Source: Oikopleura dioica (taxonomy: Eukaryota; Animalia; Chordata). Taken from it: DNA of 64,000 nucleotides. Below the pieces are notes generated by a model. It saw only the letters and a program-made list of their open reading frames with translations. It made no database searches and was not told the origin of the DNA. A program made the translations under genes and the position numbers. Shown one piece after another: positions 1 through 14,132 of this stretch. Position 1 is the stretch's first letter, and each line of letters begins with the position of its first letter. Location of the stretch: the NCBI GenBank assembly GCA_907165135.1, contig OU015566.1, forward strand, positions 12,524,001-12,588,000, in the 5' to 3' direction.

Positions 1-2
1 CT

Positions 3-753
3 TTGCAGGATTCTAAGCCAAAGTTATCAGGAATGTTTTCAGAACTTGAGAAAATGGTCGACGGAGTGATTTCGTTCAAAAAAGTGCTCCAGAGCTCTGA
101 CTCAGAACCGATTCTTGAGATGCCGTCTGTTCTCGAAGCGGTAGAAGCTTCAGTGAGTCTTGAAGCAAGAGCAGTTGTGCTGAACCAGCTGTGCAACAAT
201 AAGGCCATTGAGGATGACATTGAAGGTAGTTTTTAGCGAGTTTCATGAAAAGATATTCATCTTTTAGAGCTCAAGAAAGAAAATGCGGAGACTCTTTCCA
301 ACATCACTGCGGCTGAGAAAGAATACTTGGAGACCGTCAATTCCGGCGCTTTCGTTGAGAAAATGGAGAAAGCTATCGTTGCGCTAGAAAGCCTCGACGT
401 CAAGGAGAAAAAAATTGATGAAAAGAAGATGAAGATCAAAACTCTTCAGGCGAGAAATGAAGATACCAAGAAGTCTTTGATTTCTTACGACTGTTAGTCT
501 GTTTTAAGGAGATATTCATTATAATAGCTTCTTTCTAGCCGACCTGGCGGAAGAGAAGATCGCCGAATTGACGAAAAAGCGCGACGAATTGAAGCAAAAA
601 CTGGCGAAACTCGTCGAATTGTCGAACAACCGCCAGTTCGAGTACCAACGGGAGCTGCAAGAAGCCAATTCCAACGGCACAAATTTCCAGCGCACCAACG
701 ATGATGGCTACGACTCAGCAGAAGCAGAGACAAATTCGATGGAGACGATCTAA
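3..753 (+). CDS. 3' part of a coiled-coil protein of unknown function (runs off the left edge)
   Basis: Three exons joined in phase by GT-AG introns 226-267 and 493-538 (IE|ELKKENA... YD|SDLAEEKIAELTKKRDELKQKL...). E/K/L-rich heptad character. Stop at 751-753. Confidence 0.7.
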
Positions 754-1173
754 ATTTGACCTTTTCCAATTCACTTTCACCATTCCACGTATTTTTCCCT
801 GCCCTCACTAAATTAGTTATTAAATGAACTCACTTTTTCAAAAAATTCGACACTGATTGAAAATTAACTCGTTTTGTCAAACTAGCCAATTGATTGGAAA
901 CGCATAAATCTTTATTGGGTGACGAATCTGAGGGCTAACCAATTATTTGGCTGGATTTGCATTTAGGGGTTAATTTTCATTTCAATTCTATCTTATTCTT
1001 TTCACCGATTTCTACTTCAAATCTGGGCGTTATAGATTTCCCGGCAGTGAATTAGGCAATAAATCCGCAAATGTTGATCTTACGAGGAGGGTGTGTCATT
1101 CGATCGAGCTTGAGATATAAAGTGCGTATTTCTAATTATTGAATTCATTTTTGATTATCAAAAAATCCAGAGA

Positions 1174-1467
1174 ATGGCAGCTGTAGCGTTAGATTCAACC
1201 GGGCGAGATCAACTCGAAGCTTCTGGCTGGGCAAAGGTCGAAAATCGCGACGCCGTCGAGAAAAAATTCGCGTTTTCTGATTTCAGCGAGGCTTTTGGCT
1301 TCATGACTCGAGTCGCTTTGAAGGCGGAAGTCATGTGCCACCATCCCGAGTGGTTCAACGTCTACAACAGGGTGGAAATAACGCTTTCGACGCATGATAT
1401 TGGAGGATTGTCGGATAGAGATTTAAAGCTTGCTAAGTTCATTGATGATGCTGCGAAAAAGGAATAA
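1174..1467 (+). CDS. PCBD: Pterin-4-alpha-carbinolamine dehydratase (PCD/DCoH), intronless
   Basis: 97 aa ORF with family motifs [16 protein letters not shown]...[31 protein letters not shown]. Confidence 0.97.
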   Translation: MAAVALDSTGRDQLEASGWAKVENRDAVEKKFAFSDFSEAFGFMTRVALKAEVMCHHPEWFNVYNRVEITLSTHDIGGLSDRDLKLAKFIDDAAKKE

Positions 1468-1631
1468 ATAGTTTCTTTCTCCGGAGAGTTTTATGAAATA
1501 AAATTCTTGATACTGACATGAAAATCAATCGTCTGCATGAAAAATGCCTCGAAAAATGATGACAGTGGTCTATTTTCAATTTTATTCTCGACGATCTAAC
1601 TCGGAAAAAGCAGAAACAGGAAGAATCTCTT

Positions 1632-2084
1632 TCAGTAGAAGAGGCCAAAGTCCTTGATGAGAACAGCAACGTGGCCGCATTTCGGGCAGCTAGAAGTAAT
1701 CTTTTCGGCCTCAATATCGTGACATTCGAGCAGGAGGCAGTTGAAGCACCAGTTGTCGTGGCCGCACCAGAGAAGCTGCCGCGCGTACATTTCGTTTTCT
1801 TCAATTTTGTCGTGGTCTGGTGAGAAATATCGCTCGCAGGAGTGGCAGACGTTCTCTGAGTATCCTTCGATCTCGTCATCATCATCTTCAGCTTCATTCT
1901 CTTGCTTTTCCTCCTGCTCAGAGTTATTATTTCGCGTAACCAGCTTAGAAAGGAGAAAAGTACTGATTTGACTTCACCCTTGTTCTGCTGAAAAATCTGA
2001 AAAATTATAAATCTGCTCCTGGTTTTCTTCCTTCTTCGTCTCTTCCTGCTTCTCCTGGTTTTTCTTTTCTTCTTGAGTATCCAT
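1632..2084 (-). CDS. Small acidic RING-finger (C3HC4-like) protein
   Basis: Minus-strand translation not in the ORF track: ...EAEDDDDEIEGYSENVCHSCERYFSPDHDKIEENEMYARQLLWCGHDNWCFNCLLLECHDIEAEKITSSCPKCGHVAVLIKDFGLFY*. Spacing is CxxC...CxH.xx.CxxC...CxxC. An upstream exon MDTQEEKKNQ... starts at 2084 after a TTTTCCAG acceptor-like site. The intron junction is not resolved. Confidence 0.7.
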
Positions 2085-2725
2085 TTTTGAGCTCTGGAAA
2101 ACGATTTTCAACATGAAGGGATAGTTTTGAGGAAAATACCTTTTTTGAGAATCGGAGTTTCAAAAGTGACTCTTTTTTGAAGTAAAAAAAAAGACGAGTG
2201 AAAATGAAGCTTGAGAAAAATTTGTCGCGCGTCGGAATTTGGCTCGATCGGGTTTTATCGGTTGAGTCAAAAGCAGAGATGAGTTGTCTCATGTCAGTGG
2301 AAGATTCTCGAAGTCAATGAAAAGGATATCTTTCTCAGTTCATTGCAAGAACGCTAGAATCCTAACATTTCTAGATTTCGATGATTCAAATGACAATTTT
2401 CGTCTTCTAGAAATCAACCTAATAGCCGAAATGAGAAGTATGAATTTTCCCACTTCTATTGGCGACATTGATTATCATTTGGCGGAGAACTTGCGTAAAT
2501 ATGGAGAATTCTTCCCCTCATCCAGCTGAATTAATAGCGCTCCAAGCGGATCGCTTCCTGGGTCTCCTATTGGTTGTAATGGGAGATGACCTGAGGCCCC
2601 TCTGGAGGAGGGTCACTAGAGGACGCCTAAAGATCCTCTCGATCTCGTCAAAAGAGGAAAGTTCAACTGTAGTTATAGAGAAGAAACCAATGAATTGAAG
2701 AATAAATGAAGATTTTATAAGAAAA

Positions 2726-5700
2726 ATGGACAGCGCAAGGGTCACCAAATTGCTGCAGAATGAGCTTTTGACGATTGAAAATGCAATTAAATCAGGTAGA
2801 AAACAAAAACCATAAAGTATAAGACTACAGAAATAATAAGTACTTTATTGATTTTTAATTTCCCGATGAACTAATTACATGTAACCTCAACACGTGCTAG
2901 TGTGAAATTAACGGAATTTACAATTTGTAACATTTACATAAATAAATTTGATTGTTCAGACTCGGTCAATCATTCAACCGTCCAAGCTGCCAAAAACATC
3001 ATCGAACTCGTCGAAAGCCGAGCTGGAGCATCTGGAGAACAAGTTCAGTCCCTCATCAGAATCGTAGCCGCCTATTGCCATCTCCTCGCAAACGATGAGC
3101 CCGTCTTTGTCGCCGAAAATCCCAGGCAAAAGCTCAGAAAGCTCATGCTTGAAACCATCTCCCGGCTGCCCACTCAAGAATCAGTGATAAAACGAAATGA
3201 GCGTGAGATTTCTTCGATGTGTTTCCAGCTGATCAAAAAAGACAACGAAGACAACGCTTCGATCGCGCTGAAAATCCTCATCGATCTTTACAAGAATTGC
3301 CGGCCGCCGATTTCCAGCGATGTCCGAGACTTTCTCATTACTGTTCGAATGATGTACCAGTCCTTGCCCGGCTCAATGGAGCATTTCTTCGAAAACCCTC
3401 CAAAGTACGTCCCTGGACAAACGCCGGATGAAACCAAAATTGGCTTTCTGACCAAGATGACTTACCGGGTAAACGCTCACAATCAAATTGTCAATAGTGG
3501 TGGAACTCTGACGACAAGAACCTACATTCCCAAAGCTCTGAATTCATTGGTAGTTCTGATTGAAGCTCCAATAGGAAATGGTTCCTTTACTGAATTAGTT
3601 TTTCTTTCGATACTTTTGTGACCATGATAAAGCTGTGGTTTTGATGTATCAACTTTACCGCGAAAGACTTGATGATCTTTTCCAACTTATTTCAGCCGTC
3701 CTGGCTCTTTCTCCGTCTCCACAAGCCATAGCTCGGCCAGATTTCAGAAGAGAACTTTATGTTAATCTTATTGGCGTACAGGAACAGGTCAAACTCTTCA
3801 AATTTTATCACAAGGAAGTCAAATTTCTGGACCTTTTTACAAGATCAAAAGCTTATCCTTGGTTGCGTATTTCGTCAAGCTCTTCCCCCAAAACATCATG
3901 CCATACTCACGTGATCTGCTTCTGGGACTTTTGCGGACACTGAAATCTTGTCCTTCTGAAAAAGCTGCTTATCGTAAAGAGCTCATCATCGCAGTCCGTC
4001 ATATCTCAAATACAGAGCTGAAACAAGCGTTCATCCCCCACCTGAAAGAATTATTCGACGATCAGATTCTCTTTGGCCAAGGCTTGACCGTTCGCGAGCA
4101 TATTCGTCCGCTCGGATATCATGTCATTGCAGAGCTTGTTCATCAATTGAGGACGATGCTTCCCTATGAAATCATCTCAGCAGCGGTTTTTACTTACATG
4201 ACGAATTTACACGATGATACTCTGCAACTAGGCAAGGAGTTAATATTTTTGATTCAAAAATTTTGAAAATATTTCGTCTCAAATCAGAAAAATATAACTC
4301 TGAAAAGGCGCTCATGTATTTTCCGCAAAATTAGTGGTTACCCTTATCGACTGCATCCGTCAATCAAAAGATCCATCTTTGACACAAAAAGAAGCAAGAA
4401 AATTGTTGATGAAAATTATGAATGTTTTCACTGATCGCCTCGTCTCAATGGCAAACTATGATCTCATCTGCATCCGAAAATCGAAACCACCAAAAGACGA
4501 GGAAGAGCGTCGGCAAATGGAAGCGACTTTTCAGGAAAACAAGCAGCTTCTTAAACTGCTCGTCTGTGGGGCAAAAATGGTCACAATCTATTTATATAGT
4601 CATCGTATCAACGAAATGAACATACACAGTCGTCTACCAGACTTTGGTCCATCCGAACGTCAACTCTACAACAAATTCGGCGTCAATGTCTTGAAGTCAG
4701 TTGATATTTACACTTTGAGCAGCGTGGGTAAATCGGACAAGGATCTCAAAGACACTCTGGAGTACTTTGCCAATACTTTTCTGAACCTCCCACTACCGGC
4801 CTTCAAAATCGTTAGCAGTGATATCATGGAATTTCTGATCGATCGAATGCATGAAAATCCTCTTCTTCATCACGTGGCACATCCAATTCTCACAAGACAG
4901 CACTACTCGTTTGAGTTTTCGTCGATTCTCGTGAAGCATGCAATTGCAAAGATGCCAGAAATGGGCAATCCTGGAAAACGTTCAGGTCTCTACCTTCTTC
5001 TTTTCAAACAGCTGTTCGGAACAGTCATTCATTTGCGCGGCGAAAACGAAGAAATGCTCAGACCTCATCTCGAACAAATCGTCAGCGGAGCCTTGAAACA
5101 TGCTGTTCACGCCAAGGATCCTCAGAATTTTTTCATGCTGCTTCGATCCCTCTTTCGATCGATTTCCGGCGGTGTTCATGAAAAACTTTACCAAGAGTTT
5201 CTCCCGATTCTTCCGAAACTCCTTCGAGCAATGAATCATCTACAGGCTGAGCTGCATTGGCCAGACATGCACGATCTTTTCATCGAGCTCTGTTTGACCG
5301 TCCCTGTCCGTCTTTCTTACCTGCTTCCTTTGATGAATGAACTGATGGAGCCTCTGGTCGAGGCGCTCAAAGGCGGTCCAACATTGATCTCTCAGGGTCT
5401 CCGAACATTGGAGCTCTTCGTCGACAATCTCCAACCAGACTTCTTGCAAGAAAAGATTCGACCTGTTCGGCCTCAAATGATGCGAGCACTGTGGGACATC
5501 ATCAATCGCGATGATATCATTCGATCGAGCAAGGAGAGGGAAAACTGTTGCACAGCAGCATTCCGAATTCTGGGAAAATTCGGTGGCGAGAACAGGAGCT
5601 CGCTGAGAGAAGCCCCTCAATTGGAATGGGTTGACTTCAACAAGGCCTTTTCGCAAATCATGGTGATGGAATTCAGCGACGTGAAGATGGAAATTCCTCT

Positions 5701-8700
5701 TGAAAAATTAGCTGAAAGCGCGTTGGAGCTTCTTGGGTCAAAAGAATCAAACGATTTCACCCGTCGATCTTGTGTTCAATTACTTGTTCTTATCCTTACC
5801 TCTTTCATCGAAAAAGAACAGCGGGAAATCACGGACCAAGTCAAGTACAATCTTTTCTTCACCAAAGCGAATGATCTTTTCCGGCAAAAAGAGACAGCGA
5901 AGCTTTTCAAATGTGGCAAAAACATGGACATTCCCGAAAATCTAATCAGAAAGACCATCCAAGGGCTAATTTACAGTCTCCAGTTCGAAGATTCTTCGAT
6001 CTCCGATGTCGCTCGATTCCACATTGAAACGTTGATCCGCCACTTAGTCATTGCTGATTGCGGTTTTTACGTATCTCCAATGAGTGAGCTACCGTTGATG
6101 AATGATCAGAACAGCAAGATGGTCTACATTGTCGAAGCGATCGTGAATACATTTGAGCTACAGGAGTGCAACATCGATGTCATTTCCTCTGCTGTGTTCA
6201 GTTTGGTAAAAGTCGCTTATGAAACTGCTACTTTGCTGCTTGAAAATGGAGTCAAAGTCACCAAGCTCCCATTCTTCGTCGTCATCGCCCGCGAACTCCA
6301 ACAAGTCTGCTACGAGCGTAGCTGGTACATCAAGTCCGCCGCTAGAAACGTCATTGAAAAGCTTCTCGAGTACTTCCCCCTGACATGGGTCTACGAGCAC
6401 AGCTTACCGTTCTACAAGGCGCTTTTGTACATTCTCCGAGATTTGGAAAACGAAGTTTCTTTTTCAACCGTCGAGCTGACGCATGCTACTCTTTGGAAAC
6501 TCATCCAACGCGTCTTTCTTGACGATTCGAAAAACATCAACCCTCAAGATACGAATTTGGCCAGAGAATCGCTTCTGAAGGCGATGGTTGCTGATATCAT
6601 TTCTCCCTTCAAAATTGTCCGCGATTTCTCGCAGAAGACTCTTCAACGAATCGCTAAAGAAGCTGGAAAAGACACTTCTGAAATCATTCTTCAAATCGTC
6701 GGTAAATATGAAACTATTCTTGAAATTCCACCTTTCCAGCTTCCGTCAAAAGGAAAACTCGGAAACATGAACTACAAGGCAATTCCAATCCAGATTGGTA
6801 TTCTGAACGGCTCTGCGTTTTGCCTCGGCCTGGACCCTCCTGTATTTGCTTACAGTCCTGAGCCTACTGCTGAATGCCATACCTTCCTGGTCGAAACGTT
6901 CAAGATCATGTCCGCCGATGAAAATTATATAAACCGGGACTGTTACAAAAAGTGGATGATCAAGAACGAGCATGGCTATGAAAATTCCCTGACTCCGCTC
7001 AGAATTGAAGCTATGCGTGTCATGTCCCATTGCTGCAACATCAAAAAGCTCAGAGAAGACATCTTCTCCGCTCTTTACCAAAACATGACGCAGCTGAAAG
7101 AAAAGAAAAAGGACGAAGAGCTGATGAAAAGCGCTGAGGCTTGTTTGGAATTCTTTCTCGAAAAAACAATGGCGAAGAAAGAGACTGAGATTACGATGGA
7201 TTTCATTCACAGCGAATTGAAGCCGATTCTTGAGAAGATTACGCCAAGATCATGCCCTCGATTTGAAGATATGGATTGTTACGTGATTGAACGACTAGCA
7301 GTTCTTAGTCGATTGTTGCCGAAAACACTCAAGTTGTATGATCGATTTGCGACGCATTTCAGGAATGAGATCAAATTTGATAGAACACTAGTATTTGAAG
7401 CAAGTTCTTTTATGATCTTCTCTTAGGGAAACCCTAAAGCGCATTGTCGAAACAGTCCATCAAAGTCGCTCTCATACCGATCTGCTAAAAATGGCCGTAG
7501 CAACTGCGGAAGTCTTCCCACTTGGCCAAATCAGTGAGAACTCTGCAGCAAATCTAGAGGCACTGATGCAGCTTATCATTGATACAGAAGAAGAGCTTGG
7601 ATTTTATTTGGAAGAAGTGCACGCTCACCTTGCGATGTTCTTCTGCAAGGTGATCAAATTTGACTCACAGAAAGCGTATGAAAATCTTCTTTCGATGGAA
7701 AAACTTGCTCATCCTGGTTGGACCCGGCTCATTGGCCAGTTTCTAGCATTCGACAAAGAAAGGGTATTGCATGAAGCTCTTATTTTTACTACTTCAAACA
7801 TAATCGACAAGACCCTCCAGCATGGGAAGATCGATAGGCTAGACAAGAGCTCCATCATCCTCTATCATGTGATCCAGCTAATTGAGAAGATCAGTCAGTC
7901 GATTAAACTATCAGATGAAAAGCTCCAGCCTCTCATTAAAAAGCTCGTGAATGTGTGGAACACAACATGGCTGAATAACAAGATCCAGAATACGTGCCCA
8001 ACCGAAGATTACAGAGAAATTGTGTTGATCGCCGACATTTTTCTCCGCGCCGTCAAAGAATGTCATCGAGATACGATCATCCTTTTTGAGCTTCAGAAAG
8101 TGTTTCAAATTCGGAACATGTGTCAATTCAGTGAAGTGAAGTTTTGGCTCAAAAATGAAATGCCAAGAAGCTTTTCAGCGGAAGATCGACATTTTGTTCT
8201 CCGGCAGATCTTTGAAAACTGGAATAAGAATGATTTCTCAGAGCGTGTTAAAGCTGATATCATGGAAAACATTGCCATTCCACTGTTGGTACAGAGCCGG
8301 GATGATAAGTCGCTCGAGAGAGTGCTTGGTCAACCAGGGCGATACGATCTCGTAGGAATAGCGGTGGCTCAAGTTGTCGAGTGGAATCCTGATGCTAGTG
8401 ATCATGTTAAAGTCTCTGTTTTGCATCTTCTCCAATTCCTCGTCCAGAACTGCTACAGCTACATTCAGGACAGCAACGACCCTACCGAGAGATTCCGCAT
8501 CAGCAGAATCACCGAGTACAGTAGCCCATGCATTGCCTCTGACGCTACTTCAATGGAACCTTTTACCAAATTTAATGGACATCTTCTCCTTGCCATGATT
8601 GCTAAAAACTTCAACGTCGATCGAGCAGTAGTCCTTGATCTTTATGAAAGATTGCTCCGCGCTTTTGGAATGCATTCGAAAATTCTAGTCGACCAAGCGC

Positions 8701-11700
8701 TTGATATTCTTATTGGAAAATTGTCCAAAGACGGTCGAATGGATGACGTGGCAGCTGTGACGAGGAGAATTCTCGTCGAAGAATTTCAAATACTCCGTGC
8801 TTCTGCTCAACTCAGCCATGTTGTAGGTCTCATCGAGCGGCACTCAGACACGTTCTTTGAGTGCAAAGATAAATCTGGACTCGTCGGGGTGATGGTGCCG
8901 AATATGAGTCGCTTGTCGAGCAGCAATTTCAGCGAACAACGATGTCTTGCAGTAAAACTCGGAGCGATGCTTATCAACTGGCAGAAACGCTCACTAGAAT
9001 CTCCTAATCCAGTTTCAATCGTGGAAAAGAAACATGCCGAGACCATCATCAGTTTCCTCATAAGAATCATGAATCAGTACTTTAGTACCGTCGAGCAAAG
9101 CGGAGCTTCAGCAGAAATAATCAACAAATGCAAAGGCGTTTTCAAGACAATTTACGAAAATAATCTCTGGGAAAACATCCCTCTCCGCCTTCAAGTGATC
9201 GAAAAATGTTTCGAATCAATCGACGGCTCCGAGCAAAAGTCATCTGAAGCAGTTTCAGCAATGATGACCCTCAAAGAGCTCGTCCATATTGTTCCGAACT
9301 CGATAAATGAGGTCCTCGCTATGCAAGACACACTCATCAACTTAATTTGCAAGGCTGACCTTCGAATTTATGCTGGACTCAAGAATTTGCTAAAAGAAAT
9401 CGTATCGAAATACGGCTCTCATCCCAATCTTCAGCCAATGAGAGAAACAATTTCTCATCAACTGAATGAAGGGTTCAGTCAATGCGAGAACTCTGCAGAT
9501 CCCATTCCTGAAATGCGAAGATACCTTATCCTTGTTGATTCCTGCAAAGAGCTTCCAGGCCTTGTTGAAGACGTTTCTTACAACTTGGTCAGATTATTTC
9601 ATCGGGTTTCGAAAGAACACCTCTCCACCAATGTCATGTCTCCACAGAACCCGAGGAATGATGAGAGACAAAGTGGTCTCATTCAAGGCCAGATTCTGAC
9701 AATCTTCGAGATTTTGCAAGGGCGGCTAAGTTCCATCAATACCGAAGCTAGAAAAACGTTCTTGAGCCAGCAGTCTGTTACTTCAGTAATTCAACTGATT
9801 GAGAGGTCTGACTCCATTGCTTTAATTGAAGCAATTGTCGAATCTACTGCTTCGTGGGTCAAATCTGGAATTTTGACGGCAAAAGAACGAGGGTTGATCC
9901 TCCCGAAGCTATTTGTTAATTTATCCAGACGACTTGAGGATCTTTTCGACGAGAAGAAAATCGAGAAGGAAAGACTTATCAAGGTACAAGCTCGCTACTT
10001 GGACATCATTTTCAATGTCTACTACGATGAGCGGGGAACAGACGGTACTGGTAACCAGGGAGATCTGATACCAAAACTCGAAGGTGCATATCTCTGGGGA
10101 ATGAGCCATTCTGATCGAACGATGCGAATGAAATTCTTCGATCTCTACTCCGAATGGGTTCCAAATGACATTACTCAAGCCGTCCTCTTTATTTTCTCCA
10201 CCCAAATTTGGGATCAACTTTCGACTAACTTCCTTCCAATCGCCCTTGCTTTGCTTCTCAGAAGAGTCAACAAGCAAAAACCAAGTCTGCTCAGGCGAAT
10301 ACCAATTTTCCAAAGCCTCGCAACGCTCTTTGAAAGCGGAAAACTTCTCAACGACTACGACGAAGATGGAATTGGGCCAGATCGGCATCGCGAGCTGTTC
10401 AGTCGGCTGACTTCTTCGAACAATGAGATAAGCGAAAACTTCAATGCTGAAAACTTGCTGGGTTGCTTATCCGAACTGGGCTTTGCTTCTCCGAAATTGG
10501 CAAGATATGTTTGGAAATTCGTCTTTCCTTCAATTTGGAAGGCGATTCCAACTAAACAGCACCAGATTGTTGGGAAGCACCTGCGCCAATTCATGCTTCT
10601 GTCTCACCCATCTCATCGAACTGATGATATTGTGGCTTTCGTTGAGTCGATTGTCAGTTTATCTCCACCCGTCGATCTCAAACCTTACCATTTACGATAC
10701 CTTTCTGAGACGTATCCCCTCCAACCCCTTGCAGCCGTCACTTTGGAAGAAACAATCGCCAGGGAGCAGAGCCAGGGAAAAAGAGATGTTGTCGACTTGG
10801 AGCAACCACCAGGGCAAAACGCTGCCGTCGTTCTTGCGCAAATCTACGATCATCTTGGGGAGGCGACTTGGAAAACATCTGTTTGGGAGTCTCGCTGTCA
10901 ATTTGCTGAGACTTCAAAGGCTCTTCATTTTATGGAACAAGCAAAATACGATGATGCTCAAACATTGCTGGAAAAATTGATTCACTCTGAAAAACAAAAG
11001 CAAAATTTGTCACCAAAAGACTATTCTGAATACGATCTCTGGCGCGAAAGCTGGATCACGTGCTGCAAAGAGCTAAATTCATGGGAAAGTCTCTACTCGC
11101 ACGCTGCGCATCAGAAAGACACTGTACTTGCTGCCGAGTGTTGCTGGAAACTGCCGAATACTTGGAATATAATGAAAGATGCGGTTGTTACTCTAGAACA
11201 GTCTTCAAAGAGTCATCAAACTTGGCGAGTTCATCTTTACAAGGGATACCTGTCGATCAGAAAATGCATTGAAGATGTCAACAAAGAGGTCGACTTTGAT
11301 GTTGCTGTCGTCGATAAACACTCGCGAATGTCGGTCCTTGAAGCGATTCGAGCTTGGAGAAAGCTCCCAAAAATCGTCTCTTCCGCTCATGCTCCTCTTC
11401 TCAGGGCTGCACATCAAATTGTGGAGCTGAACGAAGCCGCTACGATTCATGAATGCCTCGGTGGAAGCCTTATTGGCACTGAAAAAGGAAAAGAGTCAAT
11501 AAAGGACATCGTCAAGCGCTGGAAAAATCGTTTGCCGCTAATTTCCGACCCCTTGTCTCACTGGTCGGATATTGTCACCTGGCATCATCATCAATACCAG
11601 TCGATCGTGACTCAGTACGAGCAGATTGGCACTGACCAGAGCAATGTTGGAATGCATGCATCAGCTACAGACTTTATTTACTACGCCCGAATCGCTAGAA

Positions 11701-14074
11701 TTCACGGACAGCTCACATCCGCTCTTGAAAGTCTTCAACAAATTAACCAGATTCCTTCCGTCTCCGTCTTCGATTGTTACATCCGAACCATTGAGCAGAT
11801 CAAGTGCTACTTGACGATGAACAATCAAGATGATCGCCACCTAAAAGTCATTCAAGAAACATCTCTTCGATTTTTCAAGCCGCCGGAGCAATCCGAGATT
11901 CTTGCACTCAAAGCCAAACTTCAAGGAAAAGTCAAGTCCCCACCCCAAGATCCTTCTTTGACATTCTGTCAAGCCGTCCAAGTTCACGATTCTGTCCAAG
12001 CTTGGGGTCACTGGGCCGAATGGCTGGTGGCGGAAAATCTTGAGAAAGCCGTGGCTAGTAATAAAGACTGTGCTCCACACGCAGCTACTGCTCTTACAGC
12101 GTTGCTTCAAGCAAGTAGGCAGCAAGCTAGCGGTACATTTATGCCAAATGTCATTTATTGCTTGACATGGGACTTCACTGAACCCGTGCTAGAAGTTCTC
12201 GATCAAATCGCTGATTCAGTTCCCGCCATTCAATGGCTGCCCTGGATTCCGCAGCTCATAAATTCGCTCTGCAGACCTTGTGGACATTCCGAACTTGCGC
12301 AAAGACGTGAAGATCGACTTCGAACTATTCTGTACAAAATCGCGAAGAAATATCCTTTAGCAGTGTATCTTCCAATTAGAACAAAATACTTGAGTGTCAA
12401 AATGGAGAACAAACAGAAAAACATCAACGTCGACTCTGCCACGGGCTGCTGCTGCTCAAGGCTCATGTATCTGCTACGGGATGAGTTCCCTCCTTTATTG
12501 GCGTCTACTGAAGCGATGATTGAAACGATCAAGGGCATTAGAGAAACCTGGGCGGAAAGTCTCATTCGCCAAATGAGAGGACTGCTCAAATGCTGCTTGC
12601 ACATTCAATACAGCAACACGAACTCTGTTAACGCAGCCAAAGAGCCTGCATATCTTGATTTCATCAAATCATTGCGCCACTCTGTAGCCGACTTCAGAAA
12701 GAACGTACAGGGAGAAGTAGCGGATGAACAGTCAATGAAAAAATTCTTGGAAGAATACCCACGTGATCTCGGACTCCAAGCAGTGTTGGAAGATGAATCG
12801 AAAATCAACATTTCTGAAATGGCAAATTTGATCCCACAATGTTCTACAAAATTGCGAAAGTGGATCAGAAAGTTGGAAAATGTCATCAAAAATGGAAAGA
12901 AGTACTTTTATCTCTCTAACTGGAGATATATCGACGGAGAAATCGAAGTTCCTGGGCAAAGTTTAGAGCCAAAAGAACCAAAAACCTTCATACGCGTTTC
13001 CAAAATCATTTCGAAAGGCGTCATTCTTGACCAATTTGATGCGATTGTGAAACAGATTTCTTTCTTGGGGAAAAATGGTCGTATTTACAAGTTCTTGTGC
13101 TTCGTCGATGATCAATTTCCGCCACAACATGCCTCTGAGCCTCGAAGAGAGGAACGATCGAGTCAGCTCAAGCGAGCTATAAATCCGATTCTATCAACCT
13201 CCAGGTAATCAAGATGCTTCGATTTTATTTATAGGTAATTCAGGTTAACTTCTCGACGCGGACTGACAATAGAATCACTCAAGATCATCCCCCTCGGTCC
13301 TTTACAAAAGCTAGTCGAGCACAAAGAAGATGGCGAAACTCTCTGGCAGATTTACCAAAAAAGCTGCATCAAGAAACAAGATCGCGATTCTCCCCTCAGC
13401 TCTTACTTTTCTCGAATTTCTTCGCCTCAGAAAGAAAATGCGCCAAGCGACAGTTTGCTGAAAGAAACCTTCTCGAACATCACTCACTCCTACGTCCCCA
13501 AGGACATTTTTTTCAACTGGGCGAAATCGACCTTCCCGAGTCATGTGGACTTCCTCGCTTTCAAGGGCCGATTCTTGCTCTCGATCGCGGTCCAAAGTGT
13601 TGTGTCTTACTGTTACAACCTCAACGCTGTTGCTCCTTCGCGATGGTTGATTGACAGAAAAACTGGATCGTTGTTCATCATTGGGCAAAAGATCGAAAGT
13701 TCAAGTCCCAAATCAATTCGACTAACGCCGAATCTGATGTCAATTCTCACTTTCTGCGGATCTCCTCATGCTCTGGTCGAAGCCATTCAATGTAAGTAAC
13801 ATAAAATATACTTTCCTCTTTGTAACAATTTCTAGCGACTTGTCAATCGATGCTTGCAGACTCGTTTGTCACCAACGGAGTCTCTAAAGCAATCATCAGA
13901 GACGAGGAACTCATTGCAGATACAAATGCCTGGGGAATCGCAACTCAAACCAAAGCAAATGCGGTTGCCTTGAACCTAGAAAAATTGAACAAGGATGCGA
14001 CAAAAATCGTCCTTCAAGCTTCCAATCCTGCCATGCTCGCAAGAGCAGATCCTTCATTCTACCCCTGGTTATGA
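2726..14074 (+). CDS. TRRAP: TRRAP/Tra1 PIKK-family pseudokinase scaffold of SAGA/NuA4-TIP60 complexes (~3600 aa, about 7 exons)
   Basis: N-terminal AENPRQKLRKLMLETISRLP, APIAVVLMYQLY, IKSLSLVAYF, FIELCLTVPVRLSYLLPLMNELMEPLV.ALKGGPTLISQGLRTLELFVDNLQPDFL. FAT region LPLISDPLSHWSDIVTWHHHQY and WLPWIPQL. C-terminal FATC ARADPSFYPWL*. Introns approx. 2796-2959, 3575-3632, ~3782-3843, 4232-4307, ~7360-7430, 13205-13243, 13792-13835. Confidence 0.97.
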
Positions 14075-14132
14075 TTTCTGTAAATTTAATATGCTAATAA
14101 ATCCTTATTGATCACACATAAAGTTGTTTTTT

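Noticed and set aside
2284-2698. Overlapping short ORFs upstream of TRRAP
   Set aside because: No consistent spliced frame or recognisable motif. TRRAP is better started at 2726.
13244-14074. TRRAP kinase-like region lacks catalytic residues and looks short
   Set aside because: TRRAP is an established pseudokinase, and this divergence is expected in a fast-evolving lineage.
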